DNA of 64,000 bases, from the NCBI GenBank assembly GCA_030390025.1, contig CM059443.1:6324001-6388000 (forward strand). The letters are read 5' to 3'. Position 1 is the first letter of the stretch; each line of letters starts with the position of its first letter. Both the position numbers and the translations under genes were made by a program. Below, one piece after another: positions 50,205-63,075 of this stretch. The DNA is from Squalus acanthias (Eukaryota). The notes under the pieces are model-generated. The model was not told the origin of the DNA. It saw only the letters and a program-made list of their open reading frames with translations, and made no database searches.

Positions 50205-50972
50205 CATCCTGTATTTTGGTAGGAAGAATAGAAAAACAGAATATTTTTTAAATGGTGAGAAACTTTTAAATGTTGGTGTTCAGAGAGATTTGGGTGTCCT
50301 CGTGCAAGAAACACAGAAAGCTAGCATGCAGGTACAGCAAGCAATAAGGAAGGCAAATGGCATGTCGGCCTTTATTGCAAGGGGGTTGAAGTATAAGAGT
50401 AAGGAAGTCTTGCTACAATTGTACAGGGTCTTTTGGTCTCCTTATCTAAGGAAGGATATACTTACCTCGGAGACGGTGCAACAAAGGTTCACTAGATTGA
50501 TTCCTGGGATGAGAGGGCTGTCCTATGATGAGAGATTGTGTAGAATGGGCCTATACTTTCTGGAGTTTAGAAGAATGAGAGGTGATCTCATTGAAACATA
50601 TAAGATTCTGAAGGGGATTGACGGGGTAAATGCTGAGAGGTTGTTTCCCCTGGCTGGAGTGTCTAGAACTAGGGGGCATAGTCTCAGGATAAGGGGTCGG
50701 CCATTTAAGACCGAGATGAGGAGGAGTTTCTTCACTCAGAGGGTTGTGAATCTTTGGAATTCTCTGCCCCAGAGGACTGTGGATGCTGAGTCTTTGATTA
50801 TATTCAAGGCTGAGATAGATAGATTTTTGGATTCTAGGGTATTCAAGAGATGTGGAGATCGGGTGGGAAAGTGGAGTTGAGGTCCAAGATCAGCTATGAT
50901 CTTATTGAATGGCGGAGCAGGCTCGAGGGGCCGTATGGCCTACTCCTGCTCCTATTTCTTATGTTCTTATGT
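50205..50972 (+). mobile_element. Young CR1 LINE 3' fragment
   Basis: 196-aa ORF 50290-50880 is a CR1 ORF2 C-terminus. Tail ends cctactcctgctcctatttcttatgttcttatg. Confidence 0.93.
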
Positions 50973-51528
50973 CCCCATCCCTACAAGTGATTGACTGGTA
51001 AATGGTTTGTCTGGGGTAGAGCTAAGCCAGTCAACAGCAACTTGCATTGATATATGATGCCTTTAACAGAGGAAAATGTTTCAAAGGGCTCCACAGAGGA
51101 GAAATTAGGCAAGATGACCGAAAGCTTGGTCAATGAGATGGGGTTCGAGGAGGTTTTTAACGGTGGGGAGGGAGGTAGCGGCAGGAGGGGTTTAGGGAGA
51201 GAGTTTCAGACAGTAGGGTGCAGCATGTTGAAGGCTCTGCCGTTAAAGGTGGAGGTGGGGATGCACAGGAGGTCAGAGTTAAAGAACTCTAGGGCATGTG
51301 AGAGGGCCCAAAACTGGAGAAGGTTGCAGAGGTAGGGTGAAGGAAGACCCTCTTTTGTAGATAAGGAGGAGGATTTTAAATTTGATCATTGGGGATTAGG
51401 GAGTCATCGTTGGTCAACACTGAACAGGAAAGTCCCAAGTCCCATCCTGCTCTATGCCGAGTTAGCTGATCTTAATTTATTAATCTTAATTAATTAATCT
51501 GAAATTAGGAAACACTTCTACACACAAA

Positions 51529-52301
51529 GGGGTAAAAATTGAGTCGCGCCCCATTTGGGGCGCTAACCTCGCCGGGGCGCGACTTTTAGCGCCCCGAAAA
51601 AATTAGCGGCCCCGCGCCGGAACTTCAGTGGTTGCGCCCCAAGAGGGAAGCGGGGCGCAACTGGAAGCACGCCGCATCCCTCTTGGGGCGCTGCGAGTGA
51701 ATATCCTGGCGCTACGTGCCGCAGCGCCACGCGCTGCGGCACGTCGCGCCGCGGTATTGCAGGCCTTCCTCCCCTTCTTAAAGGGGAGGGACCCTGCGCA
51801 GCGCGAACCGGGGCCCAGCTGGGCCCCCAGGGATCGGGAGTGCCGGCAAAAGAGCCCGGCACTCAAGAGAAGTGCCGGGCTCTTGGAGCGCAGCCGGCAC
51901 TTCACGGTGGGGGGGCTTCACGGGGGCCGGGGACAGCAACGGGGGCAGGTGCTGGCAGGCGGCCAGCAACAAAAATGGCCGCCTGCCACCTCCCCTTTAA
52001 ATATCGCCGCCCCGGCCGCACGTACGCCTCCCTGAACCCGTCGGACATAGCGTCTGGCGGTAAATCAGGGGGCGCGACTGAAGATCACGGCCGGGGCGCG
52101 AGCGGGGTGCTGCGCACGGCAATGACGTCATCGCCGGCGGCGCAGCGCCACAGGGCGCTACCGGCTGCCGCCGCCGCTAACCTCCCACTAAATTTTTCGG
52201 GAGGCGTGGGCGGCGCTGCGCCCGGGCGTTAGCTGCTTTACGCCCCATTAGCGCCCTCTTAAGGCGCTAACGGGAGGCGCAAGCAGCTGAATTTTTCCCC
52301 C
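51529..52301. mobile_element. CpG-rich PIF/Harbinger-like MITE nested in a CR1 fragment
   Basis: 15-bp TIRs ggggtaaaaattgag and ctgaatttttccccc match 13/15, with a 3-bp TSD AAA. Removing the element restores CR1 sequence cacacaaagagtggtagaaatttggaactc (host about 51500-52520). Confidence 0.85.
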
Positions 52302-52772
52302 AAAGAGTGGTAGAAATTTGGAACTCTTTTGCGCAAACAGCAATTGATGCTAGATCACAATTGTAAATTTTAAATCTGAGATTTAGAGATTTTTGTTAAC
52401 CAAAGGTATAAAGGGGTATGGGCCAAAGGCGGGTATATGGAGTTAGGTAGCAGATAAGCCATGATCTCAATTAATGCGGAACAGGCTCGAGGGGCTCAAT
52501 GGCCTACTCCTGTTCCTATCTCTATTGGCCTCAGCCCCCTTGATCAAGCAGCCGCAATTGGTCAGCACAACTGGATCAAGCCGCAAAAATATCAGGCAAG
52601 GTTCCTGCTCCTGATCGTTACCCAATGGCGCCTCTTGGATGTGGATGAACATGGTTGTCAGGGTAGCAGGATTGGCCTCAACTGCAATGCCCCAATTTTG
52701 AATAGTGTCCGGGCTCACAGAGGAAGAATTATACCAGAGAGTAGCCAGTGCTCACGTCACTGTACAGTAGCC

Positions 52773-52960
52773 TGGGTCAATGCCAGTGCCACTGCACCCT
52801 AGCACGGGTCAATGCCTGTGTCAGCGTACCCTAGCATGGGTCAATTCCCCTGGCACCTTACCGTAGATCCATGCATCACTGTATACTCACATGGGTAAAT
52901 GCCCTAGTCACCATACCCAAGCTTGGGTCACTGCCCGTGTCAATCTACCCTAGCAAGGGT
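52773..52960. repeat. Degenerate 32-bp minisatellite
   Basis: Unit tgggtcaatgcc.gtgtca..gtaccctagca at 52773, 52805 and 52837, then decayed copies. Confidence 0.75.
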
Positions 52961-54514
52961 TAGTATCATGAGGGAATGACAGAAGCAAATTGTGAAAAAA
53001 ACATAGCTTAATATGTATTATCTAACTCTATAAACGATATATGACTGCAGCTGCTGACTTGTGCTGCAGGGGTACAGTGCCTTGCAGCAACGATGCAGTG
53101 CGTCACTGAGTGGTATATCACAGATCGATGCCCAGATTCCCTGCACGGTCAATGTCTAATCTTGTGTGTTCCATCGCGGGTCTGCCAAATGAATGAAAGC
53201 CAAGCATTTCATAGAGGGAAGGAGAAGGAAGTTAGACAGAAGGTCGTTCCAAGTAAGACCAGCACAGTTCCACTGGTAGAGACCTAGGAGGGATCCAACT
53301 TGTAAAACTCAGCCAAGGCAATGCAAGGCCGGAGAGCAGCACAGCAGAGGAAACCAGCAAATGCAGTGCTGTGTTATTATAAACTCGACACCTTCTGTGC
53401 ACAATCTGTACTCCGTACATGATCTAAACTTTACGCTGTATATTACAGAAGTCAGAAAAACAAACAGAAGAGAGCTGCTTTTATTAGCTTTTGTTTACGC
53501 GCATCCTGTTCAAATATTACAGCCGGCAGAATGTTTGGATGCGATTTACGATGGACCTTTGCAAGCATACAAATGAGAGGCAAGTTAGCCAATCTGTCCT
53601 GACCACTTTCCCCAATAGCTATTGTTATCCAAATACAATTTGTTTAACTACCCCTGATATTGTGAGAAGTCGCACAACACCAGGTTATAGTCCAACAATG
53701 CTGCAGTCTGTATGGAAAACCATAAACTTTAAACTTTTTACTTTTTTTTTTAACTGGAAATCACATCTGCGAATAACAACGACGACTGATATTGTGAGCC
53801 GGTTTAGGTGCCGATATTCCCCCTTTCTGATAATCCATCCAATTACAGGGCTTCCGTCCCAAAAATTACACATCTATTTGGGGCCGGAACCTGAGGCGTT
53901 GAGCCTCTCATCCTGTAATTCTGAGGCCCAACCTGTAAAGGTGAGCTCCACGATGTTGAACATTGGTCAGCTCAACTCTATTGGCGTGGCAGTGCAGCGA
54001 GGCGGACAATGAAGGCCAGCGACCCTCGAGTGTGCTTGCCCGGAGACAGGGTCTGAAGTTGCCAGCCCGGCTGGTGGGAGAATGCCAGCTCTTCCTCTGG
54101 TAACCAGTTGTGCGACAACATCGACTCCTCTGTGAGTCAGTGCTGTCAGTGAGGTGCCAGGGCAATGAGCTGTGCATCTTCAAAGGGATGAACTGTCTTT
54201 TAGCACAGAGTGTTTTACCCTGAAATCTGCCAGGCTTTGTTTATGCTATTCAAACCCTTCCCCATGGGACTTAAAACAGGCTCCGAGCTCATTTAACTCA
54301 GATTGGTGCATCTATATTTAATTTTTTTTTTTAAACAGTATCTTCATACCTCACCAGACATGTATTGCTTATTGGCTGAATACTGGTCATACTTCCTGAC
54401 ACACAGAATACAATGTACAAACTCCATCCTGTGCTGTTACTGGGTTTTATTTGGTGTAGTGGGACTAATACACTGCATTAGTTGTCAAGTCAATACACAA
54501 TAAAATTACTCTTG

Positions 54515-54875
54515 TCAGTTGGGAGCACTCGCGCTTGCGGCAGAGGGTTCAAGCCTCACTCGAGGACTTGAGCACATCATTTAGGCCGACAATTCAGGCA
54601 TCCTTCAGATGAGACATTAGATCCATCTGCCTGTGCAGGTGCATGGTAAAATTACACAGCCCTATTTGAGGACGACCAGAGAACAACACCACCTAATATG
54701 TTAACATCTCCGTCCTGTTTGTGGGACCTTTCTGTCTGCAAAACTGCTGCCCACATAAACGTTTGCCCTCATAACAGTCGCTGAGCTTCAAAGTAATTTA
54801 TTCTCTGTGGAGAACTTCTGGATCTTTCTGAGAGAGAAACAGTAAGAAGCTAGATAAACGCAAATCTTTTTTCTA
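54515..54875 (+). mobile_element. Deu-domain SINE, decayed copy
   Basis: Colinear with 62619-63075 (gggttcaagcctcactc, cagatgagac, tttgtgggacctt, cttcaaagtaa). Confidence 0.6.
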
Positions 54876-55319
54876 TTTTTGTTATGCCAATACGCTTCTT
54901 GTGTGATAATTCAGCACCTCAAACTGCTCCCAGAACTCATTCTTTCCCACGGCCTCAATACTGTGGAACTCCTTCTCGTCCTCAATCTGCAGACTTCTAA
55001 AACTCATGTTTGGTGTTAACAGTACCTAACAACTGTTTCTTGGATTTCCTTCTTCTCTTGCTCCTACTCCTTTGAATGTTGATGCTATCTGGCGCTGCAG
55101 ACTTCAACCCTTCACCTTACTTTTCCCATAATAAAACAAATTGAGCCACCACTAGCACCAGAGATAGACCCATACCAACAGTTCTTCACCCTCACGTGAT
55201 GCAGCTCAGAATCCTCCCTCCAGACACAAGCCAAGTTTGTACTGCTGGGCGCATTCCACAGTTAAAGTGGACAATTTCACACACCCACCATTGCACTTTT
55301 CACCAGATCGCAAGGTACT

Positions 55320-56260
55320 TCAGATAGGTGTGTATGAAGAAGGCCCTTCAGCCCATTTGATCTCATCCTTCTAGAATATTGGTAGAACCAGCTCTCCATT
55401 ACAGCATCCAGTGGTTTCTTTAAATGAGTCGTGACTTGATCGCAATTGCTCTTACTAGCCACCCACTCCAGCTCTTGATCACCCTCCGTGTAAAGAGTCA
55501 CTGGTGTCTGTCCCAAACGTGCCCTTCATAACCCTGAACCTGTGCCCTCTTGTCCCGTTGCCCTGACACACCTGGAAGTATTGCTCCAGGTTTACTTTCT
55601 CTGTACTGTTAAGTATCACATATTTCTATACTCCCCAGAATATCTCTTTTTGAGGCTAAGGAACTCTGGCATTTCCAGTCTTTCCTTACAACTCTGGGAT
55701 CAGCTCATTGCTCAACTCTGCACTGCATGCAGGAGCGGGATGACTCCCTCATGTCACAGTGCTCCAGGTGTGGCTGACCAGGGCTCGATACAGCTTCAGT
55801 GTAGCCTCTGGAGATTTGACCACAACTGATTTGACAAATATAACCTTGCATCCCGTTAGCTCAGTTTTTTTGCCACTTTACACTGGCCATGTTAATAAAG
55901 GAGCCAACAAACACCCCTAAGGTCTCCTTGAACTTCTTCCTTGGCAAATTCTATCCCACTCACGGAGCACACTTGCCTCCTGATTTGACCTTTAATAAGT
56001 ACCCTGCATTTGTCCATATCAAACACCATTTGCCACTGATCAGCCCAGGTGCTCACCTTGTCCACAGTGCCCTCCAGCTCGATGTCATCAGCAAACTGAA
56101 GAATCTTACGCTGGCACTGGGAATTCAGGCCATTTATGGATATCAGGAGCTGGTGAGGTCCCAGCACAGGCACCTCACTCAATACCTCCTCATTTCAACC
56201 GCGCTCCCCTTAGAGCTCCTCTCTGCTTCCTTCCCTTTACCTGGTTACTAATCCACATCC
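55320..56260 (-). mobile_element. Old CR1 LINE fragment
   Basis: Minus-strand ORF VLGP.L..I.IN.L...QFADD...WADQWQMVFDMDKCRV is CR1 RT. Confidence 0.8.
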
Positions 56261-57224
56261 ATAGTTTCTGAATTCCTGAAGATGTGAACAGCATGACAGA
56301 GTGAAAATCTCACACACCCACCCCTGCACTTCTCTGAAATCCTCGTGACAACACTGTGTATAATTTGCTGTTTCATACCTTTCATAAGTTTCAAGTCTTG
56401 AAATTTAAGTGCTTCTTTTTTTTAAAGACAGGAAGCAAATGCAGCGCATGTGTGGAGCACTGGGTCTCTGGAGAAGGAGCTGATTCATTACGACAAAGCC
56501 AAAATGTGTTTCAGGGGAATACAGTCTCTTTCCATGTCCCCCCTCCTCATTATGTATTGCAGACACATCATCAGCAAACACTACATCAGCCTTGGAGCAA
56601 TGCATCCACAGGATTGAGTGTCTCAAAAGACCCAACTCACTCAAGGTCAATAAGGAGGGTTTGTTGACTGGATTAAACCAGTGTAATGAAGTGCAGCAGT
56701 GAATCAGCCATGTAAATTGCTTCAGCACATTTACATGGATCTGTTGACTAGTTTGCGTCATTAAAAAAAATCTGCCGTTCTCGCTCTCTTTTGCTGCTTT
56801 TCCCTCCCCTGAGTCTTTCCAGCTGCACATGTTGTTAAACTAGGTAACTCCACCGTACCACACCGCAAAGCTGCTTTTATATTATGCGAGGCCCTGTGCT
56901 CACACTGCTGCCTTCCTAAGGATAAACGGTGCTGAGATACACCAAGACTGGTGGCTGAAGTGGCACCGGGGGGGAGAGGGGGGCGGGGAACCTGTTTACT
57001 TCTTACTTCGGTGGCAGGCCTTAACAAATCCCAGCAGGTTTCACCGTGGGTTACAGCTGGGCACTCGAAGCTCATGTGTCGGGAATGGGAGGTATGAAGC
57101 AATCGGTAATTTGCCCATTGCCACCTCAACCAGTAAGCTAGACATTCAGAGGGTACACGTATGATTGGTTACCAGGATGCTGGTGTGCCGCTGAAGTTCT
57201 TCCCGCATTTCCCCTTAAATGTAG

Positions 57225-57725
57225 AGACATAGGAACAGGAGCAGGCCATTCAGCCCCTTGTGCCTGTTCAGTGAGATCATAGCTGATCTGTATCCTAACT
57301 CCATCCGCCTGCCTTGGCTCTATATCCTTGTCTAGCAAAGATTTATTGATCCCAGATCTAAAATTATTAATTGAGCTAGCATCTACTGGTTTTTGTGGGA
57401 GAGAGTTCCACACTCCTACCACCCTTTGTGTGAAGAAGTGCTTACGAACTTCTCTCTTGAATGGCCTGGCTCTGATTTTAAGGTTATGGCCACTTGTCCT
57501 AAACTTCCCCCACCAGCAGAAAAAGTTTCTCTCTATCTACCCCATCAATCCCAATCTAAATTCTAATAACCTCAAATCAAATCACCCCTTAACCTTCCTT
57601 ATTCCAGGGAATACAAGCCTAGCTTATGTAATCTCTCCTCATAATTTAATCCTCAGAGCCCTGGCAACATTCTGGTGAATCTGCGCTGCACTCCTTCCAA
57701 GGCCAATATATCCTTTCTAAGAGAT
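57225..57725 (-). mobile_element. CR1 LINE 3' fragment
   Basis: Minus-strand VVGVWNSLPQKPVDASSINNF plus the CR1 tail. Confidence 0.85.
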
Positions 57726-58046
57726 GTTGGATATTCCCCGCTGTGTGAAGGTTAAACAAATACTCTGCAGTCTTGCTTCACAAAATTACAAGACAGATGC
57801 AGGCGAGGAAGGACAATGAGCCCATCCTGCATAACAGTCCCTGCAATTCACAGTCATTTATTGTATGAGATGCTTGTGATGTGATCAAGTGCTATATAAA
57901 TGTAAATCTTTTTATGTTTGGCATTCAGCCCAAACCTAGCTTATTAATCCAGAAATACCCTGCAGTCCTCCCCCTTCACAGCAATCAACAGTTCCAGTAA
58001 TTCCAGGGTTTTTGACTCCACGAACCTACCCGGAAGTCCATTCGTT

Positions 58047-58893
58047 GGGCACGATCTTGCCAGCCCTGGGGAGGCGGGACTGCCAGGAAAATGGCAGAAT
58101 CTGGAGGCGGGTGCCCAACCCGTCCCCAAACCGCCTCCGTGCCATCTTGCCAGGAGGCGGGTAGCCGACCCGCGCCGGGTCCCGTCTCCTTGGAGGCGGG
58201 AAGGGGATTAGTGCCACATCTGCCTGTTAACAGGTAGTTAACAGGCAGATAAGAGGATTATCCCCATTTTACTCACACAATTGCGGGCTTCCCGAAGGCT
58301 CCGAACCCCGCCAGGGTCACCGAGGCGAGCAGTGGGTCTGCAGGGGTCGGAGGGGTGTAAAAGTGCGCTGTGTAAAAGTGCGCTGTGAAGGTAAGTGATG
58401 GGTACAAGTGTGGAGAGGTGAGTATGTGAGGTAAGTGGAAAGTGTTAATAAAAGTTTACTTACCTTTGTTCCTTCCTGCAGTCTTCAAGAGTTACGTATG
58501 CGGAGAGCCTCGCACCTCCGCAGCAAAGATGACAGATGGCCGCTGCATTCTCCAATGCAGCAACCATCTAATTTCTGCTAAAGAAAGAGGTTTGATGAGG
58601 TCTTGAATTCAAGAACTCATCAAACTACAGAGAATGTCAGTGTTTGACAGCTTCACAGAGCTGTCAAACGATGACAATTCATCTGTCAAAAATTTTTGAC
58701 AGATGAACATCATACGTTGACGTTCTCTGTCACCGGCTTCCCCTTAACTGGCCTGCTAAGCCCGCTGGGCGGGCTTCACAAGGTCAATCAAGGGAAAATA
58801 GCGTGGGTTGGCCAGAAGTTGATGGAGGCGGGACTGAAACCCGACAAGTGGGAGTCCCGCCTCCAAAAGCTCCCCATTGACAAAATCCAGCCC
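58047..58893. mobile_element. PIF/Harbinger-like MITE, second copy of the 21220-22066 family
   Basis: Shares tgcctgttaacaggtagttaacaggcag and gtgtttgacagcttcacagagctgtcaaacg. Ends aaaatccagccc. Confidence 0.8.
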
Positions 58894-60289
58894 TTTGTGT
58901 TTATTACTCTTCGTGTGAAGAAGAACTTCCCGACACCAGCTCTAAATTCGCCTTTGGACAGTTGGAACCCGCACCTCCTTGCCCTACTGTCATGGTTCAA
59001 CTTGAATTAGTGTTCTTGATTTACCTTTTCATACAGCTCACTACCTCATATACCACACAGATGTCCTGTCTTGGCTGCCTCCATTCAAGACCAAAACACC
59101 CAAGTTCTTCCCGCTTTACCTCCAATGCTTGAACGTCTCCCCTCCATCTTGTCGACCCGTCAGTACTCTAAGATTTGGTTTGACCTGAACACTGCGTCTC
59201 CTCCCCTGCCTAGTACTGTACTGACTTGGCCACAGACTACTCTGCTCAACTCGAACAATCCGATAATGCAACTTTTTTTTTTAAAGCACGGAATTCCTAA
59301 TTTGCTGTGTTATTTATATTGCTTAATTTGAATTATTGGATCATTTAGGTTTTTTAGCATAAAAAGTGACTGAAATATGAGGAGCAGGCGCTATAATGTT
59401 TAAGCATTCTAGTTGCTTTGTTGATTGTTGCTTGACAATGACTGTTAAGTGTGCGATGTACCTTTTGAGGGGGAGGGGGAGGGGAGGGCGACAGGACTAA
59501 ACTGCGTCGAACCTTTGCCTGGATGAAGCAGAGCGGACCATAGATGGTCTCTGGAGAATGGACTTTGATGCATCAGTTAACGGCCATTCAGGCCTTGCTT
59601 TCTCGCAATTCCGATAATTCTGATTGAAACAACCAGCAACATTTATTTAATTTTCAAACTAGCACAATTACTCATCCTGCAATTTACAGGCTGTTAAAGG
59701 CCAAACTTGGCATCACTGAAGCACTAACTCTTGATTTCCCCCCTCAACCTGCGTGTCCTGCACAATGGGCCTCGGGCCTTAGACTAGGTTTCTGAATAAA
59801 AATAAAATCACTGTAACGACATCTGTGTAACAAATTCAAAAGGAATCATAGCAGTTTCAGTGGCGAGGCAACACAGCCTAGGGGAACATCCTCCTTTTAA
59901 CTATGAACAACACATTTTGCCAATCTCAACACAACTGCAGGCTGCCTCAGTACACAGTGCTCTTCAGACTGGTCCTGTACAGGATATTCCTGCATGGCAT
60001 CATCACATTATGAGGGATCTAACAGAGCTTTGTTAGATAACTACAATAACCCACCACTCATCGTTCATTAGGGCGCTATCCTATGCATGGACTGTGTTCT
60101 TGTGGAGTCCTGGAAGGGTTGGGAGGGATGATGTATTCCATCATAAACAACCTATGTAAAGCACGTCTATTAAATGTGACTCAGTGCCTCCCTGACTTTG
60201 TGGAGCTTAGGGGACAGTTCAATAGGGTGAGGACTACTCTGTGTGTATTGTACAGAGCTCCTGTCTATTCAGCAGTGTGAGGACCACGT

Positions 60290-61782
60290 AAATTAAAATA
60301 AGTTATGGACGAGATAGCAGAGGCTATTACAAATATATAAAAATTCATTAGAAAAGGGAATAGTGCCAGAGGACTGGCAGACAGCTAATGTTACTCCTAT
60401 ATATAAAAAGGAAGATAGAACAAGTCCAGAGAACTATAGACCAATGATTAGCTTAACATCGGTGGTAGGAAAGATAATCGAATCCTTACTCAAAGATGTA
60501 AGAAAAACATCTAGAAAATGAAAATATAATGAAGAGTAGTCAGCACGGATTCCAAAAGGGAAGGTCATGCTTGACCAGCCTTATTGAATTCTGTGAAGTA
60601 CTAATAGAAAGGGTAGATAAGGGTAATGTGGTAGACGTAATATATTTGGATTTCTAAAAAGCTTTCGATAACGTACCGCATAGTAGACTCATGTCTAGGC
60701 TCAGAACAATTGGAGTCAGGGGACAAGTAGCAGAATGGAGAGCAAGCTAGCTACAGAACAGAAAACAGAGAGTAGGGGTTAAAGGTAGTTACTCAGATTA
60801 GCAAATGATGGAAAGTGGTGTTCCACAGGGATCAGTGCTGGGACCACTGTTGTTCACCATTTATATAAACGATTTGGACTCAGGAATCGAAGTACAATTT
60901 CAAAATTGGTAGATGACACAAAATTGGGGCATGTAGTTAATTCAGAGGAGAGCTGCGACAAAATACAGGAAGACATTAATATACTTGCCGAATGGGCGTG
61001 TAATTGGCAAATGAACTTCAATATAGATAAGTGTGAGGTGGTACTTTTTAGTAGGAAGAATAAGGAAGCCACATATTACTTGGAAAATAAGTGTCTAAAT
61101 GGGGTAGAGGAACGGAGGGATCTGGGGTACAGATACACAAATCACTAAAAGTAGCGAAGCAGGTTAATAAGGCCATAAAAAAAGCAAACAAAGCACTGGG
61201 GTTCATTTCTAGAGAGATAGAATTAAAAAGCAGAGAAGTTATGTTAAACTTGTATAGGACCTTGGTTAGACCACACTTGGAGCACTGAACAGTCTGGTCT
61301 CCATATTATAAAAAGAATATAGAGTCACTGGAGAAGATGCAAAACAAATGACTAGAATGATACCAGAGGTGAGAGGTTATGCCTATCAGGAAAGATTGAA
61401 CAAACTGGGGCTGTTTTCTCTAGAAAAGAGAAGACTGAGGGGGGGCCTGATAGAGGTCTTTAAGATTATGAAAGGGTTCGATAGGGTAGATGTAGAAAAG
61501 ATATTTCTACTGGTGGGTGAGACCAGAACTAGGGGCCATAAATATAAGATAGTCACTAATAAATCCAATAGGGAATTCAGGAGAAACTTCTTCACCAGAG
61601 AGTGGTTAGAATGTGGAACTCGCTGCCAGTAGTTGAGACGAATAGCGTCGATGCATTCAAGGGGAAGCTAGGTAAGCAGATGAGGGAGAAAGGAATGGAA
61701 GGATAGGTTGATTGGGTGAGATGAAGGGTGCGAGGAGGCTCAGGTGGAGCATAAACACCGGCATGGACCTGTTGGGCCAAAT
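60290..61782 (+). mobile_element. CR1 LINE ORF2 remnant (RT domain to 3' tail), with frameshifts and stops
   Basis: [72 protein letters not shown]. Confidence 0.95.
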
Positions 61783-62618
61783 ACTTTGTAAGGACTACTC
61801 TATGTAACTGTACAGAGCTCCTGTCTATTCAGCAGAGTGCAGGTGAGTTGTGCTTTTTTTCTATATATTAATTATTCAGCTCCTGGGCCAGCTGCAGAGT
61901 TGTTACCAACACCCCATAAATTAAAATACATCACAGAAAAAGTTGAGATCACCGTAATACTTAACGAAAAGCAATTCAGCTTTAAACTGCTCCGTTGCAT
62001 CTCTCCGCCCCCCAAGTGTGGCGGCAGACTTTGCAGGTACATCTGGTTTGATTCACACCAAGCGTTCTGAATAAGTGCTGGACGAGGTGTTGCTCAGATC
62101 TCACAGTAGGTCTCTTAATAAAAAAAGAGCACTGGGTACATGATGGGACAATAAACATTCAGTGCAGGCAATTTTTCCTCTAAATGTCAAGGATGCAGTC
62201 CCTGACCCACGAGCCACCCTCTGGAAGAACGCCTGCTCCATAAATGGATGTTTCTTCATTTTGTGAGCAGTCACTCTGTCCTATTTAATTAAATGGACAG
62301 GCAGGCCAGTAGAGCACAGAAGATTGATGTCAGCACGGGTCCTCCCTTGCAACCCATGCACTCACTTCAATTATTAAGAAGCTGTCACATCTTGCCGACC
62401 TCTTCCTTGCCAGTTAACCATTTCCACCACAGGGACTACTTTCCCGCTTCAATCAGGTATCACCCAACAGCTGAAGACGGATTTGCTAACTGTGGGACTT
62501 CTCCCCCCCTCCCCCTAATGTTCTCCTGCTCCGGTCCCCTGAAGATGCTGCCATTTCCCGAGGCGTGCGTCCACGAGTACCTTACCCGAGTGACCGTCCT
62601 TTATACCCGAGTGTCAGG

Positions 62619-63075
62619 TGTCAGCTGTGGCTCAGTGGGTAGCTCTCTCGCCTCTGAATCAGCAGGTTGCGAGTTCGAGTCTCACTCCAGGGACCTGAGC
62701 ACAAAATCTAGACCAACACTTCAGTGCAGTACTGAGGGAGTGCTGCATTGTCGACAGTGCTGTTTTTCAAATGAGACGAGGCCGTCTGCTCTCTCAGGTG
62801 GATGTAAAGGATCTCATGGTACCATTCGAAGGAGAGCAGGGGAGTTATCCCTGGTGTCCTGGCCAATATTTATCCCTCAATCAACATCACTAAAAATAAA
62901 TCAGACTATCTGGTCATTGCTTATTTGTGGGTCCTTGCCGTGCGCTAATTGGATGCCACGTTTCCTACATTACAACAGTGACTACACTTCAAAAGTACTT
63001 CATTGGCTGTAAAGCGCTTTGGCACATCCTGAGGCTGTGAAATGCGCTATATAAATGCAAGTCTGTCCTTCTTTT
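62619..63075 (+). mobile_element. Deu-domain SINE (SacSINE1/AmnSINE1-like), near full length
   Basis: tRNA-like head (gtggctcagtgggtag, gagttcgagtctc), Deu-like core (ggtggatgtaaaggatctcatgg...ggtgtcctggccaatattt) and tail gcgctatataaatgcaagtct. Confidence 0.8.

Noticed and set aside
51563-52232. Overlapping A/R/G/P-rich ORFs and an apparent CpG-island promoter
   Set aside because: All lie inside a GC-rich MITE bounded by TIRs and a TSD.
52773-52960. 32-bp periodic repeats superficially like a CRISPR array
   Set aside because: Head-to-tail degenerate minisatellite with no unique spacers, in a vertebrate intron.
62293-63012. 239-aa ORF, the longest in the window
   Set aside because: It runs through a Deu-domain SINE and has no recognisable domain.
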